From assembly GCA_032718475.1 (NCBI GenBank), contig JAUCBJ010002322.1, positions 1 to 61,459 of the forward strand: a DNA stretch of 61,459 bases, in the 5' to 3' direction. The DNA is from Nemertoderma westbladi. Taxonomy: Eukaryota > Animalia > Xenacoelomorpha. This document shows positions 48,201 through 60,440 of this stretch, piece after piece (position 1 is the first letter of the stretch; the number at the start of each line of letters is the position of its first letter). Both the position numbers and the translations under genes were made by a program. The notes beneath the pieces are model-generated. The model was given only the letters and a program-made list of their open reading frames with translations. It did not search any database and had not been told where the DNA came from.

Positions 48201-49078
48201 TGATGCCTCGAAATCATTCCTTACCAGCAAACAACTAATGTAACAGGACATAACAGTCGTTGAAGGTTTGGCTGTTCTACAGTTGTCACGTTATTGGCCT
48301 GTAACAACATCTGACCTTAAAAATACTGTCAGCTTCGGTCTGCCTGGTATTGGAGAATACCAACAAAAAAAACCAAAATTCAACATATTTATTCATCCCT
48401 AATTGACACTAATTATTCAATATTATTATTATTATTATTTAATAAATACAGTAGCCTCACATGGTTCTAGATGTCTTGAGTAATGTAGAGCTTTCTAAAG
48501 AGCTACCCCTGCCTAAGTCTGATCTACATGCAGTACATACTACTGTATGTACTACATAGAGGCATTCAGTGAAAATTAATTGTGATTCAGAGAAAATTAA
48601 TGTTATTTCAAAGATAATTAATTATCATTACAATGGAAATAATTTATTTTAAATAATTATTGTTTACTATCTAAATCACAATTAGTTTTATTAGAGTTGT
48701 TTCGTCACATCAATAAGTTTCAATTTCCATCTTTCCGAGAAATTGACTAGATCCTATTTTATATTACTATGGTAACCATTAAAATCATGTCCGTAACAAA
48801 TTTATAAAAAATCACTGAAGTTTGAATTAAAGTAACTTACAAAGCAAAACTATGAACTATGTATGTATTTACATAATATTTAAAATAAAATTTTACTACT
48901 GTATATATATATAATATATATATAATATTAATACGTTACTGTTTAATTATAATTATATACATTACTTAAATATGTGTTGTAGGCCCCTATATATAATCTA
49001 TGCTATCTATGGCGAATTTAAATTTTATAATAATGATAATAGTAATAATATTGTTAATAGTTAACAATAATAGATTCC

Positions 49079-49420
49079 CTAAACTCTGATCTTCATTTCT
49101 ATTTTCTCCATTGGGACCGCACTCTCAGGGTCAGTGAATGTGTACCAATGAGGTCCCTCCAGACCCTCCCCCACCCCGTAGAGGCTGTTTAGATTGGAGG
49201 CGCCACAGTTACCATACCACCAAGCCCCTTTGTGGCTGTCGGCGGCGCCGTTATAGGAATGAGCATCGTTGTCGCTGCCCTTAGAGGTCCATTGAGGTAC
49301 CAACCCCCAAAGGGACTCACCCAAAGTATGGAATCACCTGCTGTACCGCTGTACCCAGATATATGTAGCTTATAATTATAAGTAGAATCACCGATACTGA
49401 AGTAATTATACTCAACTACG
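49079..49420 (-). pseudogene. Fibrinogen-related domain (FReD) C-terminal fragment, frameshifted
   Basis: EYNYFSIGDSTYNYKLHISGYSGTAGDS...YLNG, then a frame change to TSKGSDND..GAWWYGNCGASNLN...EMKIR; the conserved NCA cysteine is replaced by Gly; no upstream exons seen. Confidence 0.8.
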
Positions 49421-49627
49421 TAACACCACAGTATTTAACACAACTACTGTACAGTATTTAACCGTACCGGTACTACAGTACTGTACTTCGTTAACAATTT
49501 ATGTAAGTAAATAAATAGAAAGTGATATGCGCCACTACAAAATTCCTGTGTTATTTTTTACAATAGGCTTACGTGTAAATACAGTACCATTGTATATCGA
49601 AAATATGGGCAGATCTATTGGTTGGAC

Positions 49628-49798
49628 CTAGGCCAGTAGTCTAAGGAATACAGATAGAAACAGCATGGTGAACAAGGGTGCGGCCATGTTATCTGCTGAA
49701 GATGTGCTGACAACTCTTCCTTTGAGATCTTGAACTGGTCGGAAATTTGCGAGCACCTGTACACCATTTTCATCTCTGATGTTGTGGAATCCCACCAG
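49628..49798 (-). CDS. Alpha-carbonic anhydrase, exon 6 (GPI-signal-like C-terminus)
   Basis: tttcag acceptor; NFRPVQDLKGRVV motif; small residues followed by hydrophobic tail PLFTMLFLSVFLRLLA and stop. Confidence 0.88.
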   Translation of the reverse strand: MVGFHNIRDENGVQVLANFRPVQDLKGRVVSTSSADNMAAPLFTMLFLSVFLRLLA

Positions 49799-50874
49799 CT
49801 GAAAAATTAATGTTGGATTTACATATTGTTGAAAGATAAATCTTGAGGTAGAAATAAACAATACTCCAAAATGTTCGTAGTAATTAGAGAGGGGGAAAAG
49901 GTGTAACCACCGGAGGGGGGGGGGGGGGTGGGTTTTTTGGACAAATCTTCGATTATCACTCTCAGCGTTTCAAAATTGTTTGGCTTTGGCTATAATTTGG
50001 AATATGCTATTCTACATAACAGGTGAGAATACCTACATATAGATAGCCCATAGAGAGCCTTTCCCATTCATTTAACACTTCATTAAGTGGTAATTGTTGC
50101 GCTACATATATGGAGCTATACTTTATTTTTTTATTTTATTTGTGTCTGGCCACAAATTAACAAGGATGGGTCGATAACAAGACAACAGTGGACAACCAGC
50201 GCGCGAGCTGAGGGAAGATCTTCTCTGTGCTTGCTGGGGGAAAGAGCGCGTAAGAAAAGGGGGAAGGGAAGAGGGGGAAAGAAAAGGGGTATGGATCTAT
50301 AAATACATACTGTACCAACCGATACGGCGCATTTAATTGCTGGTCATTCTATCCAAAATTTTAGGAGTGCCTTATTATCATCCTATACCTGGTTTAATTT
50401 CTAAGCAAAGCACAAACTCTTAATTGGCTAGTGCTTCTTTTAATGTTTCTTTAATGTGGGCTGGGATATCCTACACATCTGGCATGATTAACTGTACTGT
50501 TTGTAGGTATTGGTATTGAATGAAGTAAACAGTGCCATAAGTATGATAATATAATGATAATATGTATAAGAAAGCAAACAAACTAAAACTAATTAATTAC
50601 AATAATTATTGCACATTCTAGGATATAAGAACTTTTTATTTTTTTCATAGGAAACATTGATCAACTTTAATTCTTTAATTAAAATCAGACTATGTATAAA
50701 AAAAATCACATAGGCGAAAACGGAATTATATAATATATTTAATATGAAAAATATATAATAGGTCGTTATTATAATGTGTTTAATTATAAAGACCAGTTTA
50801 CGTTACGAAAAGTATTAAAATTGCATTACACAATTTTAAGGCAGAGGGTGTAGTAGAGGAAGAACACAGCAATG

Positions 50875-51092
50875 CAATGGTTAGACCAAAAGTGTACAAA
50901 GTCCAATGGTTAGACCAAAAGTGTCAAAAAAGTCCAATGGTTAGACCAAAAGTGTAAAAAAGTCAAATGGTTAGACCAAAAGTGTAAAAAAGTCCAATGG
51001 ATAGACCAAAAGTGTAAAAAAGTCCAGTGGTTAGACCAAAAGTGTAAAAAAGTCCAATGGTTAGACCAAAAGTGTAAAAAAGTCCAATGGTT
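50875..51092. repeat. 30-bp tandem repeat (~7 copies)
   Basis: CAATGGTTAGACCAAAAGTGTAAAAAAGTC units. Confidence 0.92.
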
Positions 51093-51289
51093 GACTCTTT
51101 CCGGTTTCAGGGGCACTGAATTTTTAACAACTGCAGTATTACTGTCAACTGTTATTTATTGTCCCGGTTCACCAGTATTGGTGTACCATAGCCTACAGTT
51201 GTATACAGGTATAAACACAACCTGACAACAGCTTCCATTATATGTAGTCTCAGACCACAGACTGACAGACTCATATGGTGGCTGCAGTA

Positions 51290-52513
51290 GGGTGAGTGAG
51301 GGAGGAGACTTGACTTTAGGGGAGACTTGATTTTTTTGAATAACTCAAAAACTATTGTAAATTATATAACAATACCACACAAAAATGTGTAAAATACTTG
51401 TTGGGAACACCCGCGCATCCATGTTTTATTACCTTTTGGTTATTTTTTGTTTTATTGTCAATAAACGTTTTCTGTGTTCAAAAGTACATTTTTTTCCCTT
51501 TACAACGAATGAAAAATCGCATCCTTATTTTACTGTATGTTAATTGTAATTCACAACATGTGTTGACTAATTATTGCACTATCCTGCCATATATTGTTTT
51601 CCAGTTTTGGTTCAGCCGTTTTGAAATTATATCAATTAATATAAAAAAGAAGCCCATGTGGGGAGACATGACGCCCGAGTGTGAGGGAGACTTGAAGCCT
51701 TCAATGCTAACGTCTACCTAGAGATACACCCACGTAGAGAACCATTACACCAGGGCACTCCAACCAGTTGATCGGCACTTACACAGACCAAGCTATCAAT
51801 GGAATGTGAATACAATGGAGTGGCCAGAGAGAGAGAGAGAGAGAGGCCTTGATAAACCCAGCCAAGCCAAGCCAACCAACTCTTCCTTCCCTCTTTGCAA
51901 TGTAGTTAGTAGCCTGCCAATTGGGTGATTGACAGCTTAAACAAGATGCCACTTCCTCAGAAAGCGGCACGCATCAATAGAATTACAGGAAAACAATTAA
52001 TATGTGCCTGGATTGAAAATTATACAAGATATTCATTAATGAAAAGTACCCTCCCGCGTGAAATTTTAATGCAGTTTTAACGAACTATTATTTATTCAGT
52101 TCTTATTGGGAGAACCATGTGAAAGACCACCTAAATTTGTATAAAATTTTGGATAATAATTTAACAATTGCATTTTTTAAAATTTTGATACTATTCTAGA
52201 AAATAGACATGTTGAACATGTAATTATTACACTTCTTCTGCATTTTTGAACGAATTTACAAGTATGCGGGGTGGGGTTAAGTCTCCCACCCTAGGTGTCA
52301 ACTCTCCCCCCATTGTGGGAGACTTGACGCATTTTCGAAAATACGAATAATTGGTTTAATTAAAAAAGTTTAAGAGTTGAAATTCTCAAACTCTCACATA
52401 ATGATAGCAATCATAAATGTAATGTGAAAAAGTTAAAACGGCATTGAAAAATTTATTTATCTGTTCTTTAGAGCGATTATAACTTTTGGGGTTTAAGTCT
52501 CCCTCACTCACCC
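51290..52513. mobile_element. Non-autonomous pogo-like DNA transposon
   Basis: TA|GGGTGAGTGAGGGAG...CTCCCTCACTCACCC|TA with repeated subterminal GGGAGACTTGA motifs. Confidence 0.72.
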
Positions 52514-53657
52514 TACCGGTACTGTAATAACTACTGTACTGTACTGTGGGTATTGTTACTTTGGGGTTGTCCCTTAAAACACTTCCTTTCCCTCAAAAAA
52601 ATTGGTGAAATACCACATTCAGTTTTTTTAAACCACTTTGTTACTATCATATCCAGCTCAGTGTTTATTCTTCAAAGTTGAAAAAGAAACGTCGGTAGGC
52701 CTATCACGTACCGTCAATAATAGGCTCGACAATCTGCCGGAGAATGTTGTTTCCAGCGGAACACCATCACTCGAAAACAGAACGAAATACATGTGAGAAT
52801 TTGTACCAATCCGAATCCATCGCCACTTATCGATGCAATCCGTCAATTTTGTGTCTACAGTTAAACTAAGAGCTGTACGGCAGTACGGGGAGGGGATAGC
52901 CGGAATAAACTGGTAGATCCACATTGATAACTTCTGCAGAGAGAGCACTAAATACAAAAATACTTCCAAAGCCAACCTGCCTCCACAATGGAGGCTCCAT
53001 CGAAGACAAGTTGTGCCGACATTCCATTCTCGGGTGTCGCAAGCAACAGAGTGTAGGATTACACAGTACCGGTACTGTGGTAGGCCATATCTATAGTTCA
53101 GTAGTCAGTAGGCAGGTACAGATGTAGGCTGAAATAGTTGTATAAACAAAGTCAGTAAGTACCGTTCCAGTAGTTTACTACTGTATTAGGCATATCCTGG
53201 TATCAGCTAGAGGCCTACTTAAATATTGTCTGTTTTTGGCTGACAGATAACAGCCAGCCATAAACAGCCAAATATAAAATTTTAAAAGCAGCTAGCATAG
53301 TTGGAGTCCCTCTTTTTTAATTTGAAGACTGTTGTTGAGCATTTCGACCAATATTATTACTGTTGTCCTGTTATCGAACCCCAATTAACAAAGGGTTTAT
53401 TTTTTACGACTAAGGGTGCTATGGTAATCCACACACCATATACATACATGGTCAAATATAAACCAAAACCTAATTAATTGTGTAAATTTCACACTACCAA
53501 TTTGTACAACCCTTTATATTTTCAAGCTGTATTTCCCTAACTACAGAGTCTATGTCTATCGCCAATTCTGTCTTATTAATCCTTCATATTTTTTATTATA
53601 TAATGGGATATATCAAATTCTGAACATTTTAGAATTATTGCTGGAAAAACTACCGAC

Positions 53658-53885
53658 CTGATAATGACCAATATCGGCAATACGTTGAAACACAGTCCAC
53701 TGGACGATCTCGTTGCATTCTGGAGTGGTGAGTCCACCTTGGTATCGATAAAAATTGGGTCCAACTTCAAACAGAAGGCTGCCTAAATCGAAGTTGTGTT
53801 GTAGTTGAACCTCAGTTCCATGCTTAGCAACGTCGGCTAGTTGGATGGTTATAGGGTCAATGAGTTCGTTCATGTAGTCAGCTTG
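53658..53885 (-). CDS. Alpha-carbonic anhydrase, exon 5
   Basis: acacag acceptor; FYRYQGGLTTPECNEIVQWTVF; donor after ...GHYQ (GTCGGT, weak). Confidence 0.9.
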
Positions 53886-54103
53886 CTGTGTTAGAAATAA
53901 AAAGCGATTAATAATGATTAAAATATGTACTAGTTTTATATGATCATCATATATATAATGTATGACATGAATACTAAGAATAATCATAATATACAGTACT
54001 TGTTATCTTAATTACCAAAAAGGTTAGCTTATTAATATAAAAGTATATATTAAATAAAATAGCAACGGTAACCTTATAGCAAATCAATCGGAAAGATGCA
54101 GGA

Positions 54104-54186
54104 GCCTCTGTGGTGTAGTGGTTAGCATACCTGAACGTTTATCGGGAGACGCGGGTTCGATCCCGCTGGTGGCGAATTCATTTTTT
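54104..54186 (+). mobile_element. tRNA-derived SINE head / tRNA pseudogene
   Basis: A box TGGTGTAGTGG, CCTGA/TCGGG anticodon-like stem, B box GGTTCGATCCC, T6 terminator; poor acceptor stem. Confidence 0.65.
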
Positions 54187-54292
54187 CACTCCATTTGCTA
54201 TAGAGTTGAATCATCCTAAGTCCTGTTTAAATTACTTAATAATTTATAATAAATAAAATCAAATAGTTAATACTGTAGAAATTTCAACTAAC

Positions 54293-54549
54293 CTTAAACA
54301 ATATGGCCATTACAGCCAATCCGTTGGGGTCCTTAGCACTTATCACTTGACCGACATTGTCGTACTGTTCATGAACATAGATGATGTGGGCCTCAAGGGG
54401 GAAGTGGTCACCGTCGATCTGGTGTTCCGAGCCAAAGACATCTTCAACATCCCAGTGGAAGTGAATGTTATAAAACCAATACTTCCCTGGCATTAAACCC
54501 CCTCCACTCACCTCCAATTTCTCATTCTCAGCATGGAATGTTAGACCAA
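54293..54549 (-). CDS. Alpha-carbonic anhydrase, exon 4 (zinc ligands)
   Basis: ttttag acceptor and gttagt donor; HFHW, GSEH, LEAHIIY, GLAVMAILF. Confidence 0.93.
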
Positions 54550-54699
54550 CTAAAATATAATACATATATATCAGCAAATATTCGCAATATAATAGAAGGC
54601 CTATACTTACTGTAGAATATAAAAACTTAACATCTTAAAAAATTCACAGATATGTACACTTCGACCTCTACCCGGTAGTGTATATGAGTTTACTTTCTA

Positions 54700-56150
54700 A
54701 TGGATTGTAAGGTTATCATACTTCATCAATAAGCAGGTTGATGCAATTACCAATGCCGATGATATCAGGCAATCAGCCCAGGCATGGCAATCAATCAACC
54801 TGCTCACTGGGACTGGGAGGAAAAGCCAACCAACCACCAAGGTTAAAGATGAATCTCCATCTGAACGCCTCAAAGGTTGGAAGGACCACTTGGAGAAGCT
54901 TCTAAACAATGACAGTATTGTCATTGTCTGATATCTTTGAGGTACATCATGTATCTGAGTCTGTGTTCACCTTTGATGAAATCAAGATTAGATTAGATAG
55001 GAACATCAAGAGCAATCGTGCCAGTGGAGTAGATGGTGTGCCCCCTGGGGTCTTTAAAATTCTTTAATGCTTGAAGCTCATTCACCCCATTGCATTATTG
55101 TGGACATGTACAGGACAAAGAGTGTCCCTCAAGAACTGGAAACAAATAAGTTGGACCATGCCCCAAAGAAAGGCAACCTAACAATCTACGTATCTTTTCA
55201 TGGAATCTCATTAATCTCGATTACTGCAAAGTTATACAATAAAATTATGTAGAATCGCATCAGGGATCCTGTTGAGAGACTGCTCTCCGTGGAAATCAGA
55301 ATGAGTTCCATAGAGGTCGTGGGACTGTGGAGCCTATTCTGATAATTGAAGAGTTATCAATATAGAAAGACAGACAACTGGTTATTATCTTTGTTAACTG
55401 TCAGTCTCCCGACCATGTATGTTCAGTAAACTGGCAGCATATAGTATTCCTAAGGAAATTATTGCAGCTATCAGATCACTGTACGATGGATCCACCACGT
55501 TTGTGTCTACTGCTGATGTTGACAGATCCATTCGAAGACTTATGGGGAGTCCTTCAGGGTGACACACTTGCACCATTCTTATTCGTAATTGAGGTTGCTT
55601 ATGTTCTACGCATGTCCTTAGAACATCTTAATAAAGATGGGGTGATGGTAACACCCCCTACTGGCTCCAGAAGTCGAGGAAATCCAGCAAAGTACCTTAC
55701 TGATCTAGAATTTGCTGATGACTTAAGGGTACTGTCAGAATCACTAGAGGGAGCCCAAAGGCTCATCTACCTCATTGGCGCAAGTTGCATCTAGGGTTAG
55801 TCTTTTTCTAAATTTCAAGAAGACCAAAATCATGACAGTCAACATAGACAGCCCTCAAGAAATGTCTGATCGTATTTTGCAGGACATTGCTTTCGCCGTG
55901 AGGACCAACAACTGCATAATCTTGTGCTTTGGCAACACCATGGAGAGATTAGGCAGTGGTGGACAGCCCATGACCTTCTTGAGACGCATCTTAAAGGACA
56001 CTGGCCTTGAAGATGCGGATGATCTAGCAAATGTCATGGGTGATAGGGAGTTGGCGGCGCAATGTTATCGACAAGCCGTCACATCATTCTTAATATGAAT
56101 GTAATACAGTATATATAATTCAGCTGCAATGCAGCATGCGATCGTAGTAG
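54700..56150 (+). mobile_element. Decayed RTE family A copy in carbonic anhydrase intron 3
   Basis: Colinear with 30740-32223 (GVLQGDTLAP, PPTGSRSRGNPAKYLTDL, same 3' tail). Confidence 0.88.
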
Positions 56151-56269
56151 TGTAGGCCTACTCAATGCAGCATGCGATCGTAGCAGTGTAGGCCTACTCC
56201 TGTTGACGCCAGTTCTGACTTGCTATTACAATAGAAGCAGTACAATGTTTATCGTCGCTGTTTACTTAC

Positions 56270-56452
56270 CGGTATGGCCAGAATGTGTGAGATGAAGTTT
56301 ATTGAAATCGATATCGAAATGGTTGGGGGAGAATCTCAACGGTGGCCTAGACAGACTTGAGTTGTAAACAGCGTCGTAGCTCATTATGTTAATAGGAGAC
56401 TGAAAGTCACCATCACATTTACCTGGGTGGTTTATAGGCCACATTGATGGAT
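56270..56452 (-). CDS. Alpha-carbonic anhydrase, exon 3
   Basis: gatag acceptor and gtaagt donor; WPINHPGKCDGDFQSPINI...SGHT (proton-shuttle His). Confidence 0.92.
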
Positions 56453-57008
56453 CTATCAGAAATTAAAATAATAAATTATAGATAAATTACCTTCGGTTGT
56501 AGGGATGAGACTCTTGTAGAATTCATTGCCAATTTTCACATATTAATTATCACTTGCAGCAGATATCACCGTTTATATATGAACGAACATAAATTATATG
56601 TAAATTTGCATAATACTGTACAATCCAAACAATAGGTAGAGTAGATAAGAATATTGGAAGTAGCGAATTAATAATATTCCAGAATAAGTTATTAAACTGT
56701 GAAATTAGATGCGATTGAATGGGAAATGAATAAAAGTCACCTGTCGCTCATTAATTAATTAGAAGTACAGTAGCATTTAACATTTAAAATAGACCCATAA
56801 AATAAGGTAACTGATGTAAATAAATATAGTATTCACTGCTACGAAAATAAAATATTATCACTAATGTTTGCGAATAAAAATAATTTTCGCAACGTTTACC
56901 GAATTACTTGGAATTTCCCAACTTGGTACAAAACTGGTACATCAGAATGTTTCCTCTTCCTATTGTTTCCAAGGAGATACAGTAGTAGTCATATAACAAG
57001 TGACTTAC

Positions 57009-57023
57009 CTACGTATGACCATT
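57009..57023 (-). CDS. Alpha-carbonic anhydrase, 15-nt micro-exon 2
   Basis: gtttcag|AATGGTCATACGTAG|gtaagt; supplies the conserved WSY motif with phases matching exons 1 and 3. Confidence 0.85.
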   Translation of the reverse strand, partial: NGHT

Positions 57024-57406
57024 CTGAAACAAAATAAATAAACAAAATGTTAAAATTGTACAATTACAGAAACAATATAATTCAACAAACTATATTGTTA
57101 TTGTATAATACTGTAATTCAATAAACTTCAGGACAAATACTTAATTAATTATATGTTGGTATACCATAATTTCATTTTATTTAGACTTAAAATAGATTTT
57201 AATCAAACATCAACAGCATAATTGTGCGGTCTACCTTTTTTAATTATAGTTGTGGTGTTAGTCTTAAGGCCATGATACACCACAGGAGCGGCGAGCGGCA
57301 GCGGAAGCGGCCACTTTTTAAAAATAGAACACATTATTTTCTATGGGTGATGATACACCACAAATGGTTGCTGCCGCTCGCCGCTCCTATAGTGTATCAT
57401 ACTAAA

Positions 57407-57822
57407 TAAATAAATTGGAGATGAGCTGTTGCAACTGTAATTAAAGGTGTAATATTATGGGTTTGTTCATAAGTGGAAAAAATGGGAGCGCGTCACCGGG
57501 GGTTGAACCAGCGCTATACGCACGTTTCGGCCTAACAGGCCTCATCAGTAGTGCTTACCAGCTCAGCCACTAGCCCCTGACACTCGCAGTCCCACCTAAT
57601 CCACTTCTATTGAAGTTGCGTCTTAAGTTGCAAATATTCTATCTATCTGCCCGTTCAATAGAAGTGGATTAGGTGGGACTGCGAGTGTCAGGGGCTAGTG
57701 GCTGAGCTGGTAAGCGCTACTGATGAGGCCTGTTAGGCCGAAACGTGCGTATAGCGCTGGTTCAACCCCCGGTGACGCGCTCCCATTTTTTCCACTTCTG
57801 AACAAACCCATAATATTACACC
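57407..57822 (-). mobile_element. Penelope-style fold-back element with tRNA-like/hammerhead arms
   Basis: 170-bp inverted arms 57445-57614 and 57654-57823 (2 mismatches), 39-bp spacer, ~38-nt tail, 12-bp TSD TATCATACTAAA (57395-57406, 57823-57834). Confidence 0.85.
57713..57758 (+). ncRNA. Type I hammerhead ribozyme (canonical core, minimal stem III); mirror copy on minus strand at ~57510-57555
   Basis: AGCGCTA CTGATGA GGCCT-gtt-AGGCC GAAA CG-tg-CG TA TAGCGCT; predicted cleavage after GUA at 57751. Confidence 0.9.
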
Positions 57823-58150
57823 TATCATACTAAAAGTTGCCGCTCACATTGGCCGCTCGCCGCGGCCGCCTGCCCCTGCCGCTTTCCGCTCCTGTGGTGT
57901 ATCATGGCCTTAAGGCTCGAATCCAAGCATGACCCCATTTACAGAAGAATATTAGAATAAAACTAATAAATTCTGTGTAATAAATATGTATAGTATAGTA
58001 TAGATAGTATTAATTAATGTATTATTGGCAATCCATGGACCCAATTAGCAGCACTCGGCCTTTGATTGTATCTTTATGAAGACAAATTAGTATCTTAATT
58101 AGTATGTAAATTAGTATGTTAATTTCTATAAAATTAAAAAGTTTGCTCAC

Positions 58151-58232
58151 CTCCATCCGCTGCTGCTATGGCTCCCAACACCAAAAACTCAAACACGAAA
58201 ATAAATACGACTGGCCGGAGTTTTATATCCAT
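58151..58232 (-). CDS. Alpha-carbonic anhydrase, exon 1 (signal peptide)
   Basis: ATG MDIKLRPVVFIFVFEFLVLGAIAAADG|gtgagc; phase matches the micro-exon. Confidence 0.8.
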
Positions 58233-58499
58233 GTTTCTCGCTACAACTTTCACTTTTAAGTTACAAAAATAATTCCAAATAATATATATTTATCTTGCAA
58301 TTTGTGAAATTTTACTTACAGTATATATCAATTTAATTTATTTTTATTAAACGAAGTGATATGGAATTATATGTGTCTATATAATTTTTAACTTTTATAA
58401 TTATACAGGTTAATATGAATTGTATATAAACAGAAATAGCACAAACAAACACAAAGCCTTCTATCTAATAATCCCTAAAATTAAAAGTCTAAAAAATTA

Positions 58500-59260
58500 A
58501 AAGTGAAGCAGTCTGGCCCGCGATGGGTGCGGGGGCTGGCTATGAGGATGGCTATGAGGATGCACTGTGATTCCATTGATGGGTTATGCCCACCTCCTTT
58601 AGGAATGCAGCAGTCTCAAGGCCGGGTCGACCGAAGATCTCGAAGGCTACCAGGTGGAATAGGTATTCTCGGTCGACTAGTTCCTCTTACTTCGCGATCT
58701 TCGTGTTCTCTGCCTCCTCGACAACACGGCGGCTGGCAGCTGGCACTCGCAGCGAGATGACTGGGAGCGAGGGGGTCAATGATGTTCGCATCCCAAGTCA
58801 GCATGCAGCCATGGCTCCATGTTGTTCAACATAGAGTGACGTGCCATCCTCACGGTTCTTCTCCGACATGACAGACCATGGAGGCCATCTGATCTTACAT
58901 CAATAGTTCCACACAGGGAGCACCTGTGGGGTTCGATTACCTTGCAACCGAGGAGTGTGGCAACCGAAACTCGGAACTGGGCGTCAGTGAGTTTCAGTCC
59001 CAACGAACTGATGGGATTGGCGTCGAGCCAGCAGCCGGAGACTGACATGTCAACGAGTCAACCACGTGAGGCGGGCAATCTCCAGTTGCGTCGTGGCGGC
59101 GGCCCAAAGAGCCACGCGGTTTGCCTCGTGCAGTGGCTCCATCCACGCACGCTGTCTCGCTGCGTCTGAGTCTATTTGAGTTTGTGTAATGGTAGTCGAA
59201 TGGCCCGCGTGCTCTGCCAGAAATGGCAACCATGCCTCTCCCCGAGGCATGGTGCCATTT
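58500..59260 (-). mobile_element. CRE-like RLE-type non-LTR retrotransposon 3' fragment
   Basis: SGCWLDANP..LGLKL..FRVSVATLLG..C..C..HGLSC..RH..LN and TWDANIIDPLAPSH; frameshifted. Confidence 0.75.
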
Positions 59261-59353
59261 CTGGCAGAGCACGGGAATAACGAAGTTGTACTTTCCTTTG
59301 AGTGATTAGTTGGCCTAAATATAATATCCCACTCCATAGATAAATATTCACCT

Positions 59354-59450
59354 GACCTGGTAGCTCAGTACACTCACCCGGCTGATGATAACCAGAAGTT
59401 TGAAACCTATGTACTTGGTTCGAGCCCCAATAGGGCCGGTTGATACTTTT
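59354..59450 (+). ncRNA. Second, decayed tRNA-like unit with embedded hammerhead core
   Basis: A box TAGCTCAGT, CTGATGA (59382), AAC/GTT stem II, GAAA, C-ctat-G TA, B box GGTTCGAGCCC (59417), T4. Confidence 0.6.
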
Positions 59451-59989
59451 CGCTATTCGCATTCGCTTTTTCGCATTATCATATAGTCCTATTTACATTA
59501 GATGTTAAACTTCGACTTCAGCGACTGGATGAATGGGTTCACGACTTAATTACTTTTATTTTATTGATTACTTTTAATATTTTTTTTACAAATTTAATTT
59601 ATAATTTTCCTTTGTGTCTCTCCGTTTATATTTTATATTGTACACCATTTTACTCCGTTTTGGGTTGCATGTATTCCAATTATTATTAATTTTCTGAGGT
59701 TATAAAATTTAACACCATGGGGAATTCATAGAGTGCGCCAGACTAAAAGAACAAAATACCTAGCAAATCAATCGAAACGATTGGTTTACCAGAGTATAAC
59801 AATTAACTTAGATAAATAATACGAAAAGAAAAAAAATTAGAAGTAAATTTTCGTTGGCCATTAGGCCAGGGATTAGGCCTACACACAAAGTCTGACGACT
59901 TATTTCCAGTTCGGTCCCCCCAGAACGAAACCCCCAAGAGGAAACTCCATTACTCATTTAGTTACTATTTTTTTTTTAAAACAAGGTAA

Positions 59990-60440
59990 ACCCGTGTCGT
60001 TAAGAAAATAGAACCAACAATGGTATCATATGGTTTTACCGATGTTGGCCGCTTCTTACCTCTCACGCATATGAAAGAGATTGATAAAATCAAATCGAAG
60101 TTTGTTAAAAGGATGCTCTCATCTGTGACTATGTCCATTAGAGCTATACGAGAAAAAAACTCGCACTGAAGATCTCCTATTATAAACCCATCGCTATTCA
60201 ACCCTACAGCATTATCGCAGTTACCGCACCGAACGGCCAGCCTTCACAAGTTGGAGTTGGAAAGATTCACAACAGAGAAATCGACACATTGTCACCAGGG
60301 AACCGCCCATAGTTTCCACTATCTCATCTGTTTAACTGGTTACCCCTTTCCACGAGCTGTGATTGCAATGTCTTTGCAAATATTGTAGGAACTCTGCCGA
60401 GGATAAACATCACGTTCTCAACTGCGCTTCATGTCCCTCC
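59990..60440 (+). mobile_element. LINE 3' fragment related to the 35400-45650 element
   Basis: MKEIDKIKSKFVKRMLS versus LKEIDKIKSTFLKQLLS; AHSFHYLIC..HVLNC. Confidence 0.65.

Larger units (their letters stand above)
57268..57909. mobile_element. MITE with TTAA TSD (Kolobok- or Harbinger-like termini)
   Basis: TTAA|GGCCATGATACACCACAGGAGCGG...CCGCTCCTGTGGTGTATCATGGCC|TTAA. Confidence 0.82.

Noticed and set aside
50910-51116. ORF with NHWTFLHFWS repeats
   Set aside because: Translation of a non-coding 30-bp intronic tandem repeat
52658-53127. ORFs in carbonic anhydrase intron 5
   Set aside because: No recognisable domain and not needed for the spliced protein
54104-54186. Functional tRNA gene (also 4730-4813 and 60637-60706)
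   Set aside because: Acceptor stems do not pair properly and anticodon loops are non-canonical; treated as SINE heads
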